From the NCBI GenBank assembly GCA_963766715.1, contig CAVYBH010000012.1, forward strand, positions 32,001-96,000: a stretch of 64,000 nt of DNA. Reading direction: 5' to 3'. This DNA comes from an uncultured delta proteobacterium (GTDB lineage: Bacteria > Myxococcota > Myxococcia > Myxococcales > Anaeromyxobacteraceae). Position 1 is the first letter of the stretch; every line of letters begins with the position of its first letter. The position numbers and the translations under genes were made by a program. Of this stretch, positions 34,319 through 47,873 are shown in pieces. Below the pieces are notes generated by a model. The model had not been told where the DNA came from, made no database searches, and saw nothing but the letters and a program-made list of their open reading frames with translations.

Positions 34319-35631
34319 GCCACTGGAAGATCGCCGTCCTCCTCGCCGCCCTCCCGGCGGCGGCGCTGCCCCAGACGAACGCACTCGACCAGGCTCGCGG
34401 AGTCGGGGCCGTCCAGCAGGCCGGAGTGGAACGGGAGACCCGGATCATCGACCCCGCGCTGGCGGAAACCCCGCAGAGCCCGCCGCCCGGGGCAGCCGTG
34501 AACCTGAACCGGGCGGCCGATCGGCTGGAGGGCGCCCCCGTCGAGACCGCGCCGCAGGCGAGGACGCGTTCGCCCGGGGATGCAGCCCCGGAGACCTACG
34601 TGATCCAGCGCGGGGACACCCTGTGGGATCTCTCCGGCCGGTACCTCGACAGCCCCTGGTACTGGCCCAAGCTCTGGTCGTACAACCCGCAGGTCGAGAA
34701 CCCCCACTGGATCTACCCCGGCAACGAGCTGCGGCTCGCGCCCGCCGGCGCGCAGGCTCCGGCCCGGGTCGATCTCGTCGCCGTCGACGAGAGCGCGCCG
34801 CCGAAGGAGCTCGAGGACCTGACGCGCGGGAACATCGATCGCGCGGAGATGATCGAGGACGAGGACACCGTCTCGGTCGGCGGCGCGTACAAGATCGGCG
34901 GCATGCGGCCCAGGGGCCCGGCGGTCCTTCGCAACAGCTTCGTCACGTCGAACCAGCTCGAGTCGTCGGGGAAGGTCGTGGCCGCCTTCGAGGAGAAGAT
35001 GATCCTCACCACCGGCGACAAGATCTACGGCAAGTTCCAGGATCCGAAGGGCGTCCAGGTGGGCCAGAAGTTCTCCGTCTACAAGACCGACGGGCAGATC
35101 GTGCATCCGGTCACCAACCGGGTCTACGGCTGGAAGACGGTGATCCTCGGAACGGCTCGCGTCGTCGCGGTCGATCCGGGGAAGGCGACCACCCTCGTCA
35201 TCACCTACGTGAACGACGGCATCGAGCGGGGCGATCTCATCGGCCCCAACTTCGACCAGGCCCAGAAGCCGATCTTCTTCCGCCCCAACCGCTCGGCGCT
35301 CGACGGCTACATCATCGGCGTGCAGCCGGCCATCGTCACCGGCGCGGCGGAGTTCAACGTGGTCTACCTGGACAAGGGCAAGGCCGACGGCGTCGAGGTC
35401 GGGAACACCTTCGAGGTGGTCCGCAGCGGCGACCCGCTGTACGAGCCCATCGACCGGCCGCTCAACACCCCGGGGCTTCCCCGCGAGGTGATCGGGCACG
35501 TCGTGGTCTTCGATGCCCAGGAGCGCGCCTCGTCGGCCTACGTGCGCCGGAGCATCCTCGAGCTGCTCGTGGGCGACCACGTGGAGATGCGTCCGCCTGC
35601 CGAGGGAGCGCCAGTGAAGAAGGGCGGTTAG
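34315..35631 (+). CDS. LysM peptidoglycan-binding protein, TsaP-like
   Basis: YVIQRGDTLWDLS..PWYWPKLWSYNPQVENPHWIYPG; directly upstream of dprA. Confidence 0.85.
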   Translation: MSHWKIAVLLAALPAAALPQTNALDQARGVGAVQQAGVERETRIIDPALAETPQSPPPGAAVNLNRAADRLEGAPVETAPQARTRSPGDAAPETYVIQRGDTLWDLSGRYLDSPWYWPKLWSYNPQVENPHWIYPGNELRLAPAGAQAPARVDLVAVDESAPPKELEDLTRGNIDRAEMIEDEDTVSVGGAYKIGGMRPRGPAVLRNSFVTSNQLESSGKVVAAFEEKMILTTGDKIYGKFQDPKGVQVGQKFSVYKTDGQIVHPVTNRVYGWKTVILGTARVVAVDPGKATTLVITYVNDGIERGDLIGPNFDQAQKPIFFRPNRSALDGYIIGVQPAIVTGAAEFNVVYLDKGKADGVEVGNTFEVVRSGDPLYEPIDRPLNTPGLPREVIGHVVVFDAQERASSAYVRRSILELLVGDHVEMRPPAEGAPVKKGG

Positions 35632-35667
35632 CTCCTCATCGCGGGGGGGGCCGCCGGGGAGGGTCGC

Positions 35668-35696
35668 TTGACCTCCCCCGCCCCGGTGCGTATATG
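35668..35696 (+). promoter_or_regulatory. Putative sigma70 promoter of dprA-topA
   Basis: TTGACC-N17-TATATG, 10 nt before ATG. Confidence 0.5.
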
Positions 35697-35706
35697 ACCC
35701 CGCCGC

Positions 35707-36595
35707 ATGATGGCTGCTCGAACCATCCGCCGCGGCGAGGAGGGATGGCCGCGGGCCCTCGACCTCCTCTCCGATGCCCCGGCCTTTCTCCGGGTTCGCG
35801 GCGCTTTGCCGGTCGAAGGGGACCGGGCCGTTTCCATCGTGGGCTCGCGGGAGGCCAGCAGCCGACGGCCTCCGGATGGCGCGAAGGCTCGGCTCCGCGG
35901 TGGCCCGGGCCGGTGGCTGGGTGATCTCGGGAGGTGCGAGGGGAATCGACGCGGCCGCACACGCCGGCGCGGTCGAGGCGGGCGGCAGGACCGTGGTGGT
36001 GCTGGGCGGAGGGCTCGACCACCTGTATCCCGCCGAGAACCGGGGGCTCTTCGCCCGGGCGGTGGAGTCCGGCGGCGGGCTGGTGGCCGAGGTGGAGGAC
36101 GGGAAGCAAGCCGCGATCTGGAGCTTCCCCCGTCGCAACCGGATCGTGGCCGCGCTCGGCGAGGCCACGGTGGTGGTCCGGGCGGGAACGAGCAGCGGCG
36201 CGCTGATCACCGCCCGGTACGCGGCGCGGATCGGCCAGCCGGTCTGGGTGGCCTCGGAGGTTCCGGGGGACGAAGGGAACGGGCTCCGGCAACTCGCGTC
36301 CGAAGGGGCCCGGGAGTTCCGGACGGCGGCGGAGCTGGCCGCCGCGCTGCAAGCTCGGGCCGGCGGCTCGGGCCGGCCGGGAGGCGCCCGACGCGGCGGG
36401 GCTGGAAGGAACGGCGGCGGTGCTCTGGGGGGCTCTCGACGGGGAGCCCCGGGGACCGGACGAGGTGGCGCGGCGCGCCGGGGTGGGGCCGGGCGCGGTG
36501 CTGGCGGGATTGATGGAGCTCGAGTTGCTCGGGCTCGTGGAACGGAGGCCGGGCCGCGGATTCGCCCGGCGCGCAGGTGGACCACAAGGAGAATG

Positions 36596-36596
<1 letters not shown>
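35707..36596 (+). CDS. dprA: DNA-processing protein DprA (indels ~35860 and ~36370)
   Basis: AVSIVGSR, ISGGARGIDAAAH, FPRRNRIVA, SGALITA; C-terminal wHTH LMELELLGLV in a third frame. Confidence 0.9.
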
Positions 36597-39081
<2,485 letters not shown>

Positions 39082-39091
39082 CAGGCCGGTC

Positions 39092-39295
39092 CTACCGCCC
39101 CGGCTGGCGCCTCTCGAACGTGTGCGGCTCGAGGCGTGGCTCCTTCGAGCCGCGCCACGGATCGTGGAGCCCGTCGAGCGGCGGCGCCATCACCCGGACG
39201 CCCTCGTCGCAGAACTCGCAGAAGACCTGGTCGCCGGGCCTGTGGCTCGGGACCGGTCGCAACGAGCCGGGGCAAGTGCATCGCGCCTGGGTCAC
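39092..39295 (-). CDS. Small Cys-containing hypothetical protein (possible zinc binder)
   Basis: CTC..CEFC; extended -10 TGcTAGGCT 6 nt before the GTG (leaderless geometry). Confidence 0.55.
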   Translation of the reverse strand: MTQARCTCPGSLRPVPSHRPGDQVFCEFCDEGVRVMAPPLDGLHDPWRGSKEPRLEPHTFERRQPGR

Positions 39296-39403
39296 ACCGA
39301 TAGCCTAGCAGGCGCCGGCAACCGGCGGCGCGGGCCGCCTCGAGGCCCGCCAAGGTCCACCCTCGGTCGGTGTAGTGCGGTCAGTTCGCCCCGACGCGGG
39401 CTC

Positions 39404-39431
39404 TGGACCGGAGCCCGGCAGTGCCTATCCT
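39404..39431 (+). promoter_or_regulatory. Sigma70-like promoter of repeated element copy 2
   Basis: TGGACC-N16-TATCCT, identical spacing to 22870-22897. Confidence 0.5.
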
Positions 39432-39437
39432 AGGGGC

Positions 39438-39545
39438 GTGGAGGGACCGCCCCAGGGCGGGGTTCCCCGTGTACGTCGGGAGCCACCTCCACCTGCCACC
39501 CATCCTACCCCCGGAGCGCGCGCCCTCGAAGCGCGCGGGTGGCAG
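39438..39545 (+). ncRNA. Candidate structured small RNA, copy 2
   Basis: GTGGAGG(39438)/CCTCCAC(39486) stem around two hairpins; then CTGCCACCC..GGGTGGCAG stem with a C-rich bulge. Confidence 0.5.
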
Positions 39546-39552
39546 CCTGCGG

Positions 39553-39909
39553 CTACCGGCGCACCGGGGCGGCGGCCGTCTCCGCGCAGTCGGTGCACTG
39601 GACGGCGTAGGGGTTGGCCTCGAGCCGGCGAGGCTCGATGAGCTCGCCGCAGCGGGCGCAGCGCCCGTAGGTGCCGGCCGCGATGCGCGCCAGGGCGGCG
39701 TCGATGCGGGCCACCTCGGCCTGCTCCGCCTCGCCGATGAGGGCGATGCGCTCCTGCTCCTCCTCGCTCTGGGCCTCGTCGCCGAACTCAATCTCGCGCT
39801 CGGCGCGGATCTGGGCGATGCCGGTGTCCCCGCTCTGGATGAGCTTCAGCAGCTCCGCCCTGCGTCGTTCGAGCTTCGCCTTCGCAGCCTCGAGAGCTTC
39901 CCGTTGCAT
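39553..39909 (-). CDS. DksA/TraR-family C4 zinc-finger transcription factor
   Basis: Coiled coil, ALARIAAGTYGRCARCGELI..RLEANP..CTDC; RBS GTGGAGGT. Confidence 0.92.
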   Translation of the reverse strand: MQREALEAAKAKLERRRAELLKLIQSGDTGIAQIRAEREIEFGDEAQSEEEQERIALIGEAEQAEVARIDAALARIAAGTYGRCARCGELIEPRRLEANPYAVQCTDCAETAAAPVRR

Positions 39910-40060
39910 GGCCACCTCCACACCCTTCCGGGCCAGGGGGCCCGGACTCCCATCAGCCTGCGCCCGACCGGACCGGGAGACAAGCCATCCGGTGGGGGCC
40001 ACGGCGGCGGGGCGTCCGGCCCCGTGATACATACCGCGGCGCGATGGGGTGCGAGGCCAA

Positions 40061-41377
40061 ATGTCCGATCCGGTGACCATCGTCGGCGCCGGCCTGGCCG
40101 GGAGCGAGGCGGCATGGACCCTGGCCCGCGCCGGGATCCGCGTCGACCTGGTGGAGATGAAGCCCACCCGCCGTTCCCCGGTACAGCGCCTGGACGGCTT
40201 CGCCGAGCTGGTCTGCTCGAACTCGCTCCGGTCCGACGATCCGCAGAACGCCGTCGGGCTCCTCCACGAGGAGCTGCGTCGCGCCGGCAGCCTCGTGCTG
40301 GCGTGCGCCGACGAGGCCCGCGTTCCCGCCGGCGGCGCGCTGGCGGTCAACCGCGAGGAATTCAGCGGCCGGGTGACGGCCCGGCTCACCTCCCACCCGC
40401 TCGTCCGCGTGGAGCGCCGGGAGGTGACCGAGCTTCCGGGTCCGCCGGGACCGGCCATCCTCGCCACGGGCCCCCTCACCGCCGACGCGCTGGCCGCGGC
40501 CATCGCCGCCGTGGTCGGACCCGGCCTCGCCTTCTACGACGCCATCGCGCCGGTGGTGACGGACGAGAGCGTGGACCGTTCGGTGGCCTTCGCCGCCTCC
40601 CGCTGGGGGAAGGGGGAGGGGGACGACTACCTGAACCTGCCCCTCGACGAGGCGGGCTACGTGGCCTTCGTCCGGGCCCTGGTCGAGGGGGAGAAGGTCG
40701 CGCCGCACGGCTTCGAGGAGCCGCGCTACTTCGACGGGTGCCTGCCCATCGAGGTCATGGCCGAGCGCGGCCTCGACACCTTGCGCTTCGGCCCCATGAA
40801 GCCGGTGGGGCTCACCGATCCGCGCACCGGCCGCTGGCCGCACGCGGTCGTGCAGCTGCGCCGCGAGGACGTGGCCGGGACGGCCTGGAACCTGGTCGGC
40901 TTCCAGACGCGCCTGACGTGGCCGGAGCAGCGGCGGATCTTCCGCGAGTTCCTCCCCGGGCTCGGCGCGGCCGAGTTCCAGCGGCTCGGGCAGGTGCACC
41001 GGAACACCTTCGTGGATTCACCCAGGGTGCTCGCAGCCGACCAGTCGCTCCGGGCCATGCCCCATCTCTTCCTGGCCGGCCAGATCACCGGGGTGGAGGG
41101 GTACGTGGAGTCGGCCGCGTCCGGGCTCCTGGCCGCGCGCGCCGTGCTCGACCGCCTGGCCGGTCGGGAGTTCCGGGCGCCGCCCGGGACCACGGCGATC
41201 GGGGCCCTCCACCGCCACGTCACCGGCGTCGCCCATCCGGACGGGTACGAGTTCCAGCCCTCCAACGTCGTCTACGCCCTCTTTCCTCCGCTGGAAGGAC
41301 GCCATCGCGGCAAGGCCGCGCGCAAGGGCGCCTACGCGGAACGCGCACGGAAGGATCTCCAGGAGTGGATCGCATGA
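40061..41377 (+). CDS. trmFO: FADH2-dependent tRNA (uracil-5-)-methyltransferase
   Basis: [39 protein letters not shown]. Confidence 0.97.
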   Translation: MSDPVTIVGAGLAGSEAAWTLARAGIRVDLVEMKPTRRSPVQRLDGFAELVCSNSLRSDDPQNAVGLLHEELRRAGSLVLACADEARVPAGGALAVNREEFSGRVTARLTSHPLVRVERREVTELPGPPGPAILATGPLTADALAAAIAAVVGPGLAFYDAIAPVVTDESVDRSVAFAASRWGKGEGDDYLNLPLDEAGYVAFVRALVEGEKVAPHGFEEPRYFDGCLPIEVMAERGLDTLRFGPMKPVGLTDPRTGRWPHAVVQLRREDVAGTAWNLVGFQTRLTWPEQRRIFREFLPGLGAAEFQRLGQVHRNTFVDSPRVLAADQSLRAMPHLFLAGQITGVEGYVESAASGLLAARAVLDRLAGREFRAPPGTTAIGALHRHVTGVAHPDGYEFQPSNVVYALFPPLEGRHRGKAARKGAYAERARKDLQEWIA

Positions 41378-42796
41378 GAAAGAACGCCTCGATCGCCGCG
41401 GCCCTGGCCGCCACGCTCCTCGCCGGGTGCACCTCCCGGTCGGCCCCGGCCGCCGCCGGCGGGGCCCGCCTCTCGGAGGGAGCCGCCCGGTCCCTCTCCC
41501 CGTCGCCCGACGGCTCCCGGCTGGCCTGGCTCGCCGACTGCGCGCCGGCGCCCGGCGCCACGAAGGGACAGCCCGCCTGCGTGCTGCGGGTCGCTCCGGT
41601 CGGCGGCGGCGCCGCCCAGCGGATCGCCGAGGGCGTGCCGGCAGTCGACGGCGCCTTCGCGTGGGCGCCCGACGGCTCGCTGGCCGTGATCGGCCGCCGG
41701 GACCCCGCCACGGGAGCGGGCGAGCTGACCCTCTGGCGTCCGGGCCGGGAGCCGCGCGTGCTCGCGCCGAGCGCGACCGCCTTCGCCTGGGGCCCCGACT
41801 CCCGCATCGCGATCGTCTCCCTGGGCAGCCTGCTCGTGGCCTCCGGGGATGGAGTCGCCCACGCCGGCCCGGGGCGGCGTCGGCGTCGGCGACTTCGCCT
41901 TCGCCCCCGCCGCCGGGCGGTTCCCTCGCGGCCGTCGTCCGTGGCGCGAGCGGCGCGCCCGTCCTGGTGGCGTGGCGGGAGGCAGGGGAGGAGCCCGTGG
42001 TGGTCGCGCGCGACGTCGACTCCTTCGCCTACTCTCCCGACGGAGGGATGCTCGCGGCCATCGCGGGCGTCGCACCCGGCAGCCCGGGGGACCTGGTCGC
42101 CTCGGTCCTGGGCACCGCAGGGACGGTCCCGCCGGCTCCCGTCGTCGTCGCCCGCTCGGTCGGCGAGTTCCGGTGGGCTCCGGGGGCTCGACGCCTGGCC
42201 TGGCTCACCGGCTTCGACCCGCGGGTCCGGGCCGGCACGCTGGCGTCCGCGGCTCCGGGCGGCGGCGTGACCTCCTTCGCGCCCCGGGTGACCTCGTTCG
42301 AGCTCTCCCCGGGAGGGGAGCGGCTGGCCTACGTCCGCCACGTGACCGACGGAGAGTACGCGGCCCGCCTGGAGCTCTCGCCCTCCCAGGCAGCGGAGCC
42401 CGGCACGGTGGCGCGCGACGCGGCCGCCTTCGAGTTCTCTCCCGACGGGCGCTGGATCTACTACCGGGCCGGGTGCGCGCCGGGCAGCGACGCCTGCGCC
42501 CTGTTCCGGGCGCCCGGCGCCGGCCTGGCTCCCGGTGCAGTCGCCCGAGAAGCTCGCCGAAGGGGTGGCGTCCTTCGCGATCGACCGCTGGCGGCCGGAT
42601 CGCGTCCTCGTGTCCTTCGTCCGCCGGGACGGGGCCGGGGTCGACCTGGCGCTCTGGAGCGGTGGCGGGCTCGTGTCGCTCGACGGGAGCGTGCTGGCCA
42701 GGGAGCCCGCGCTTCCTGCCGCCCGACGGGCGGAAGGTGGCCTGGATCGCCACCCGTCCCGAACGGGCCGGCGTCCACGTGGGCGGCGCCCCCTGA
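41374..42796 (+). CDS. TolB/WD40-like beta-propeller lipoprotein (about 4 apparent indels)
   Basis: Lipobox LAGC; repeated SPDG / WAPDG / FSPDG blades spread over three frames. Confidence 0.75.
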
Positions 42797-42844
42797 AGGC
42801 GCCGCCGAATGGATGCCCGCCAGCTCGCGTGGTAGCAGGTGGGG

Positions 42845-43771
42845 ATGCCCGTCGACGTCGCCGCGCAGCCCGACGAGGTCCGGCGCTTCGAGCGCTGGCT
42901 CGCCGGGGAGCGACGCGCCTCCGACCAGACGAGGCGGGCCTACCTGGCCGACCTGGCGGCCTACGTCGCCTACCTGGAGGGTGTCGGCGTGCCCATCGTG
43001 CCGTCGTCCCCGTCCGCCGTCCGGGGGTGGCTGGGCCGGGAGGCCGCCACGAACGGTCCGACCTCCGTCGCGCGGAAGCTCTCCACCGTGCGCTCCTTCT
43101 ATCGCTTCCTCGTGAAGGAGCGGGTCGCCGAGTCGAACCCGGCCCGGGCCGTCCAGGCCCCGCGCCGCCCCCGGAAGCTCCCGGAGGTGCTGCCCGAGGC
43201 CGACGTGGCGGCGCTCCTCGACGCGCCGGCCGAGGCGGGCCCGCTCGTGCTGCGGGACCGCGCCTTCCTCGAGCTGCTCTACTCGAGCGGGCTTCGCGTC
43301 TCCGAGCTGACCGGCCTCGACCTCGACGACCTCGATCTCGCCGATGGGCTGGTCCGCGTGCTCGGGAAGGGGCGGAAGGAGCGGGTCGTGCCGGTGGGGG
43401 GCCCGGCCCGGGAGGCCCTGCGCCGCTGGATCGACGAGGGGCGCCCCGCGCTGCTGGCCGGCCCGGACGCGGTCCGGGCCCGGGGTGCACTGTTCGTCAA
43501 CTACCGGGGCGGACGCCTGACGCCCCGATCGGTGGCCCGCCGCCTCGACCGGTGGGTGACCGCGGCCGGGCTCCCGCGCCACGTCCACCCGCACGTCCTC
43601 CGCCACTGCTTCGCCACGCACCTCCTCGGCAACGGGGCCGACCTGCGCGGGATCCAGGAGCTGCTGGGGCATGCGTCGCTCTCCACGACCCAGCGCTACA
43701 CCCACCTGGACTGGAAGCGGCTCGCCGAGGTCTACGACCGGTCGCACCCCCGGGCGCGGACGGACGGGTAG
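42845..43771 (+). CDS. xerC: Tyrosine recombinase XerC
   Basis: GLRVSEL, GKGRKER, HVLRHCFATH, LGHASLSTTQRY; trmFO..xerC-hslV synteny. Confidence 0.93.
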   Translation: MPVDVAAQPDEVRRFERWLAGERRASDQTRRAYLADLAAYVAYLEGVGVPIVPSSPSAVRGWLGREAATNGPTSVARKLSTVRSFYRFLVKERVAESNPARAVQAPRRPRKLPEVLPEADVAALLDAPAEAGPLVLRDRAFLELLYSSGLRVSELTGLDLDDLDLADGLVRVLGKGRKERVVPVGGPAREALRRWIDEGRPALLAGPDAVRARGALFVNYRGGRLTPRSVARRLDRWVTAAGLPRHVHPHVLRHCFATHLLGNGADLRGIQELLGHASLSTTQRYTHLDWKRLAEVYDRSHPRARTDG

Positions 43772-43834
43772 GGCGAGTCCGGCGGCCTGGCGCGCTCCAG
43801 GACGGGCGTTGCCGCAAGTCCCGCGGCGCGATAG

Positions 43835-44383
43835 ATGGACCGGATGATCCGCGGGACGACGGTGCTGTGCGTGCGTCGCGAGGGCCGGGTGGTCATGGCC
43901 GGCGACGGGCAGGTGACGCTCGACAAGACGGTCATGAAGTCCGGGGCCCGCAAGGTGCGGCGGCTCGGGGACGGAAAGGTCCTGGCCGGCTTCGCCGGGG
44001 CCACCGCCGACGCCTTCACGCTCTTCGAGCTCTTCGAGAAGAAGCTGAAGGAACACGGGCGATCGCTGCCCCGGGCGGCCGTGGAGCTGGCGAAGCAGTG
44101 GCGCACCGATCGCTTCCTGCGCCGCCTCGAGGCGCTCCTCATGGTGGCCGACGCCGAGAACCTCTTCGTCCTCTCCGGCGCGGGCGACGTGATCGAGCCC
44201 GACGCGGTCCCCGGAGGCGCGGTGGCGGCCATCGGCTCGGGAGCGCCCTACGCGCTCTCCGCCGCCCGCGCGCTGCTCGCCCATTCGCCCCTGCCGGCGC
44301 GCCAGGTCGCCGAGGAGTCGATGAAGCTCGCCGCCGAGATCTGCATCTACACCAACGACCGGTTGACCATCGAGGAGCTCTAG
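43835..44383 (+). CDS. hslV: ATP-dependent protease subunit HslV
   Basis: [32 protein letters not shown]. Confidence 0.97.
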   Translation: MDRMIRGTTVLCVRREGRVVMAGDGQVTLDKTVMKSGARKVRRLGDGKVLAGFAGATADAFTLFELFEKKLKEHGRSLPRAAVELAKQWRTDRFLRRLEALLMVADAENLFVLSGAGDVIEPDAVPGGAVAAIGSGAPYALSAARALLAHSPLPARQVAEESMKLAAEICIYTNDRLTIEEL

Positions 44384-44386
44384 GCG

Positions 44387-45709
44387 ATGCAGCCCAAGGA
44401 CCTGACGCCGGCCGACATCGTGGCCGAGCTGGACCGTCACATCGTCGGACAGGGCGCGGCCAAGCGGGCCGTGGCCATCGCGCTGCGCAACCGCTGGCGT
44501 CGCCAGCGCGTGGCGGCCGACCTCCGCGAGGAGGTGCTCCCCAAGAACATCATCCTCATCGGGCCCACCGGCGTGGGGAAGACCGAGATCGCCCGGCGGC
44601 TGGCCCGGCTGGCCGACGCGCCGTTCGTGAAGGTGGAGGCCTCCAAGTTCACCGAGGTCGGCTACGTGGGACGCGACGTCGACTCGATGATCCGCGACCT
44701 GGTCGAGGCGTCGGTGAAGCTGGTGAAGGAGGAGGAGATGGAGAAGCACCGCGCCCGGGCGCGGGAGGCGGCCGAGGACCGCGTGCTGGCCGCGCTGGGG
44801 CAGGGCGGGGACCGGGAGAAGGGGCGGGCCCGGCTTCGGGCCGGAACCCTCGACGACGAGTCGGTGGAGATCGAGGTCCCGGAGCGGAACGCTCCCCAGA
44901 TGCCCATGGTGGCCGGCCCGGGAATGGAGGAGATGGCCCAGGGCATCCAGGAGATGTTCCAGAACATGGGGCAGGGCGGGCTGGGCTCGATCTTCGGCGG
45001 GGGCAAGAAGCGGAAGCGGCGCCTGCCGGTGAAGGAGGCGATCGAGCTGCTCGCCGAGGAGGAGGCGGGCCGCATGGTGGACATGGAGCGGGTGGTCCGC
45101 GAGGCGCTCGACCGCGCCCAGAACCACGGCATCGTCTTCATCGACGAGATCGACAAGATCGCCTCGCGCGACTCGGGCGGCGGCCCGGACGTCTCCCGCG
45201 GCGGCGTCCAGCGCGACCTCCTGCCGGTGGTCGAGGGCTCCAACGTGAACACGAAGTACGGGCCGGTGCGCACCGACCACGTGCTGTTCGTGGCGGCCGG
45301 CGCCTTCCACGTCGCCAAGGTGTCCGACCTCATCCCCGAGCTGCAGGGGCGCTTCCCCATCCGGGTGGAGCTCGAGCCGCTCACCCGGTCCGACCTGGCG
45401 CGCATCCTCCGGGAGCCGCGGGCGTCGCTCACCCGGCAGTACGCCGCGCTGCTCGCCACCGAGGGCGTCGAGGTGATCTTCCAGGACGACGGGGTCGAGG
45501 AGATCGCCCGGATCGCCGAGGAGGTGAACGAGCGGACCGAGAACATCGGGGCCCGCCGCCTCCACACGGTGATGGAGAGGCTCCTCGACGAGATCTCCTT
45601 CGACGCGGATCGCATCCGCGGGGCCCGGATCCCGATCGACGCGGCCTACGTCCGGCAGCGGCTGGAGGGCGTGGCGCGGGACGAGGACCTGTCGCGGTAC
45701 ATCCTCTGA
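44387..45709 (+). CDS. hslU: ATP-dependent protease ATPase subunit HslU
   Basis: [12 protein letters not shown] pore loop, [16 protein letters not shown]-terminal LSRYIL. Confidence 0.98.
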   Translation: MQPKDLTPADIVAELDRHIVGQGAAKRAVAIALRNRWRRQRVAADLREEVLPKNIILIGPTGVGKTEIARRLARLADAPFVKVEASKFTEVGYVGRDVDSMIRDLVEASVKLVKEEEMEKHRARAREAAEDRVLAALGQGGDREKGRARLRAGTLDDESVEIEVPERNAPQMPMVAGPGMEEMAQGIQEMFQNMGQGGLGSIFGGGKKRKRRLPVKEAIELLAEEEAGRMVDMERVVREALDRAQNHGIVFIDEIDKIASRDSGGGPDVSRGGVQRDLLPVVEGSNVNTKYGPVRTDHVLFVAAGAFHVAKVSDLIPELQGRFPIRVELEPLTRSDLARILREPRASLTRQYAALLATEGVEVIFQDDGVEEIARIAEEVNERTENIGARRLHTVMERLLDEISFDADRIRGARIPIDAAYVRQRLEGVARDEDLSRYIL

Positions 45710-45729
45710 GGCATGTTATAGGTGGCCAG

Positions 45730-46935
45730 ATGAAGGGGAACGCATCGATCGTCGCCCGCGGGCAGGCCGTCTTCACCCCCAACTACCGCCAGGCCCCGCT
45801 GGCGCTGGTGAAGGGCGAGGGCAGCCGCGTCTGGGATGCCGACGGCAAGGAATACCTCGACCTGATCTGCGGCATCGCGGTGAACGCGCTCGGCCATTGC
45901 CACCCTGCCGTGGTCCGCGCGCTCGAGACGCAGGCGCACGAGCTCTGGCACGTCTCGAACCTCTACTTCAACCCGCGCGCCGTGGAGCTGGCCGAGGAGC
46001 TGACCCGGTCCTCCTTCGCGCGCCGGGTCTTCTTCTGCAACTCGGGCGCCGAGGCCAACGAGGCACTGCTCAAGCTCGCCCGCAAGTACCACGCCGACCA
46101 GGGCCACCCCGAGCGCAGCGAGATCGTCGCGTGCGTGAACTCCTTCCACGGGCGCACGCTCTTCGCGCTGACCGCCACCGGCCAGGAGAAGTACCACCAC
46201 GGGTTCGAGCCCCTCGTCCCGGCCGTCCGCCACGTCCCGTTCGGGGATCTGGAGGCGCTGGAGCAGGCCCTCGGTCCCCGCACCGCCGCGTTCCTGGTCG
46301 AGCCGATCCAGGCCGAGGCCGGCGTCCTCCCCTCGCCCCCGGGCTACCTGGCCGCGGCGCGCGACCGGGTCCACGCGAGCGGGGCGCTCTTCTGCCTCGA
46401 CGAGGTCCAGACCGGAATGGGGCGGACCGGGAAGCTCTGGGCGCACGAGTGGGAGGGCGTCACCCCCGACCTCATGAGCTCGGCGAAGGCGATCGCGAAC
46501 GGCTTCCCGATGGGCGCGCTCCTCGCCACCGAGGAGGTCGGCCAGCACCTCACCCCGGGGAGCCACGCCAGCACCTTCGGCGGCACGGCGCTCGCGTCGG
46601 CGGTGGCGCTGGCCACGCTGCGCGAGATCCAGGCGGCGCTTCCGGCGAGCGGGAAGGTCGCGGCCCGGCTGCTGCGGGGGCTGGAGGCGCTTGCCGGTCC
46701 CCGGGTCTCCGGGGTGCGCGGGCGCGGCATGCTGCTCGGCGTCCTGGTCCGCGGCGTGAAGGCGGGCGACGTCGTGAACGCGGCGCGGGAGCGCGGACTC
46801 CTGGTGAACGCCATCGGGGACGACGTGGTCCGGCTCGCCCCGTCCCTCCTGCTCACCGAGGCGGAGGCCGACCTGGGCGTGGCCCGCCTGGCAGAGGCCA
46901 TCTCGGCCGCCCCGGGAGCGTCCTCGAGCCCATGA
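45730..46935 (+). CDS. argD: Acetylornithine aminotransferase
   Basis: NSGAEANE, SFHGRT, DEVQTGMGRTG, HASTFGG; precedes argF. Confidence 0.92.
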   Translation: MKGNASIVARGQAVFTPNYRQAPLALVKGEGSRVWDADGKEYLDLICGIAVNALGHCHPAVVRALETQAHELWHVSNLYFNPRAVELAEELTRSSFARRVFFCNSGAEANEALLKLARKYHADQGHPERSEIVACVNSFHGRTLFALTATGQEKYHHGFEPLVPAVRHVPFGDLEALEQALGPRTAAFLVEPIQAEAGVLPSPPGYLAAARDRVHASGALFCLDEVQTGMGRTGKLWAHEWEGVTPDLMSSAKAIANGFPMGALLATEEVGQHLTPGSHASTFGGTALASAVALATLREIQAALPASGKVAARLLRGLEALAGPRVSGVRGRGMLLGVLVRGVKAGDVVNAARERGLLVNAIGDDVVRLAPSLLLTEAEADLGVARLAEAISAAPGASSSP

Positions 46936-47861
46936 CCGGCGCCCCGCGAGCCAAGCGCGACTTCCTCCGCCTCGACGACCTCTCCCGCGCGGAGCTGCTC
47001 GAGCTGCTGGAGCGCGCCGCCGAGTGGAAGCTGCTCGGCCGCTCCGGCCCCCACCCCCTGGCCGGCCGGGCCGTCGGGCTGGTCTTCGAGAAGGCCTCGA
47101 CTCGCACCCGCGTCTCCTTCGCCGTGGCCTGCTCCCAGCTGGGCGCGTCCGAGATGATGCTCTCGCCGCGCGACATGCAGCTCGGGCGCGGCGAGCCCAT
47201 CCGCGACACGGCGCGCGTGCTCTCCCGTTACCTGGACGCGCTGGTGGTCCGCACCCACGAGCACTCCAAGCTCGAGGAGATGGCTCGCTGGGCCGACGTG
47301 CCCGTCGTGAACGCGCTGACGGACGCCTCGCACCCGTGCCAGCTCCTCGCCGACCTGCTCACCGTCGCCGAGCGGCTCGGCCAGGACCGGGTGTCCCGCG
47401 GCGACCTCTCGGTGGCCTGGGTCGGGGACGGGAACAACATGGCGAACAGCTGGCTGGAGGCCGCCATCCTCCTCGGGTTCGACCTGCGCATCGCCTGTCC
47501 GATCGGCTATGGCCCCGATCCGGAGTTGCTGCGCCGGGCCGGGGGGAGGGCAAGGCTCGTCCCGACCGCCGCCGACGCCATGCGGGGCGCGCACGTCGTC
47601 AACACGGACGTGTGGGCCAGCATGGGGCACGAGGCCGAGGCCGAGGAGCGCCGCCGCGCCTTCCGCGAGTTCATCGTGGATCGCAAGGGCCTGGCGCTCG
47701 CCGACCCGGACGCCATCGTCCTGCACTGCCTGCCGGCGCACCGGGGCGAGGAGATCGAGGAGGAGGTCCTGGAGGGCCCCCAGTCGGCCGTCTTCGACGA
47801 GGCGGAGAACCGCCTGCACGCCCAGAAGGCCCTCCTCGAGTTCCTGCTCGCTCCCCGATGA
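46932..47861 (+). CDS. argF: Ornithine carbamoyltransferase
   Basis: STRTR, HPCQ, GDGNN, DVWASMG, HCLP. Confidence 0.96.
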   Translation: MTGAPRAKRDFLRLDDLSRAELLELLERAAEWKLLGRSGPHPLAGRAVGLVFEKASTRTRVSFAVACSQLGASEMMLSPRDMQLGRGEPIRDTARVLSRYLDALVVRTHEHSKLEEMARWADVPVVNALTDASHPCQLLADLLTVAERLGQDRVSRGDLSVAWVGDGNNMANSWLEAAILLGFDLRIACPIGYGPDPELLRRAGGRARLVPTAADAMRGAHVVNTDVWASMGHEAEAEERRRAFREFIVDRKGLALADPDAIVLHCLPAHRGEEIEEEVLEGPQSAVFDEAENRLHAQKALLEFLLAPR

Positions 47862-47873
47862 AGGGTCCCCTCG

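Noticed and set aside
42845..43771. Tyrosine recombinase as a prophage or island integrase
   Set aside because: Size, motifs and trmFO..xerC-hslVU context fit housekeeping XerC; no phage genes or att sites seen
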